Assembly: GCA_024704765.1 (NCBI GenBank)
Contig: JAKMXF010000022.1
Location: 697,055 to 761,054 of the forward strand
Direction: 5' to 3'
Source of the DNA: Oopsacas minuta
Taxonomy: Eukaryota; Animalia; Porifera
Length of the DNA: 64,000 nt
A model generated the notes under the pieces. That model had not been told where the DNA came from and did not search any database. It saw only the letters and a list, made by a program, of their open reading frames with translations. Both the position numbers and the translations under genes were made by a program. Below, piece after piece: positions 62,454 through 64,000 of this stretch; the stretch's first letter is position 1; each line of letters begins with the position of its first letter.

Positions 62454-63735
62454 ATGTCGAAAAATAAACGAGCCGTGAAGAGCCTTCTCGTGAAAGGAAT
62501 TCCTAAGGAAGTTTCTAATCAAGAGCTTGGAGGTTTGTTCAGTACATTTGGTACCCTCTCAAATGTAAGTTTCTATTCGAATCCGGACAAACACTCAAAG
62601 GTAGCATTTCTAACTTATTCCACAATTGAACAAGCTGATTATGCTCGACAAAACATAGAAAATTATCGATTTCCAGAATACTCACATGTACTGCATTGTT
62701 TCTTTAACTATAAAGAAGATGACTCTAAATCTTATCGGTATAATAACCCTAAACATTCTAAAAAATTTCAATCAACAGCACAGAATAGTGCCTATCAGGA
62801 TAATTCATTTCACGAGAATGAACATATTGATCCCGCCTCTATTCGTGTGCTAGTCACTCATGTAGAAAATGCTAGTTTTTTCTGGGGACAACCAATTTTT
62901 GAGGATGATTTCATCAGGCCAGTGAAAACGATTGTGCCTATAAATGCTTACTGTCAATCAATAATGAACGGTGAAACTAATACAGAGACTGTTCTTGATC
63001 CAATTTATCACGCTGCAAAATTTGCAGACGGTAAATGGTATCGTGTAGAAATAAAGAGTAATGGAGAAGATCCAGCTAATATTCTATTTATTGACTATGG
63101 AAATTCTTCGACTGAGCGTCTGATGAATTTAATTCCTTTACCCCAACGATACTGTACTTCCCCGTTATGTTATAAATACTGTATAGGAAATACAGAAGAT
63201 ATACCTGACAGTCTGGTAACGAATAGAGAAAGGATAACTTTCTTATCTAAGATGATATTCGACAAGACTGTGTGTCTAACTAAGATACATCAACACCCTG
63301 ATGATCTTAACTGTACTGTCGTAGGTGTAACTTTGCCCTCAGCAGATGGAGGAATTAGAAATGTTGCTGAAGAGCTTAACAATTATGATCAAATTTTATC
63401 TAATTCTTATTCTTATTCTGAGAGTCAACATTCTACTATCACTCCAAGCACAAGTAATAACCCTCCTCAATATCCTAACTCTCAGTTATCTCAGACTACC
63501 ACCTCTCAATACGATAATTCTACATACTCTGCACCCCAGAGCCAATCTCAGTATCAGCAAATAACTTGTGATGCAAATCCGGTGATTGTACCGAATTATG
63601 TGAGTTCAAATACTCTCACTCTTATTTCACAAGGCACACAGCAACCCAGTCCCTTAGCTCCCTCTAACCAATTCATCTTTCCGACAACCATGTCTCAACA
63701 ACTCCATCAACAACAACCCCTTCAACATCAACATC

Positions 63736-63766
<31 letters not shown>

Positions 63767-64000
63767 TTATCCACACAACTCTGCTTTCGAATCTTACAAT
63801 ACAAACAGCTCGAGCAATCCTCTTCTTCCTATCCACTCCAATTCTGTTCAAGTTGATCAGCAGTTATGTCACCCAAATTACGATCCCTTGCACGGCCCGG
63901 AACTGATTAACAGATACAGGCAAGAGCTAGAGGATATGGATGAGAGGATGAAAGCTACCAGTGGGCGTGTGATTTCCCTTGAGACTCAAAATTCAGAATT
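62454..64000 (+). CDS. RRM + extended Tudor protein with Q/S/N-rich region, 3'-incomplete (absent from the ORF track)
   Basis: Manually translated, open for 515 codons to the window edge: RRM (LLVKGIP..LGGLFSTFG..KVAFLTY), Tudor (VTHVENASFFWGQ; AAKFADGKWYRVEI..LFIDYGNS), poly-Q, then a coiled-coil-like segment. Confidence 0.85.

Overview
AT-rich, very compact eukaryotic genomic DNA from an early-branching animal. Short GT-AG introns and many intronless housekeeping genes resemble a glass sponge such as Oopsacas, but the organism is an inference. I can build 20 host protein-coding genes, 18 of them on the + strand: MAK16, CNOT3 (with NDUFAF1 nested on the same strand in intron 4), RBM17/SPF45, RACK1, two CWC22 copies, a secreted Cys-rich protein, CHCHD4/MIA40, WIPI2, a group A bHLH (-), CENPX, an unusually long GTSF1, NUP50, a 10-exon major-vault-protein-like gene, GTF2A1, TPMT (-), PPP5C, DDX39B/UAP56 and an RRM-Tudor gene running off the right edge. 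There are two intact tRNAs and many MITEs. Highlights: (1) a full-length 2,937-bp Transib/RAG1-like transposon (58606-61542) with a 5-bp TSD, termini starting with the RSS heptamer CACAGTG/CACAATG, unequal terminal spacing, a RAG1 nonamer-binding-domain-like segment and no RAG2; (2) the nested NDUFAF1 has its own branch point and an AG that is in phase with CNOT3; (3) a 177-bp-stem fold-back locus made by inverted duplication of the neighbouring Cys-rich gene; (4) strong co-orientation, short gaps and recurrent TTAG motifs just before start codons, suggesting operons or SL trans-splicing; (5) a 9-nt microexon in the vault-like gene. No rRNA or CRISPR array is present.
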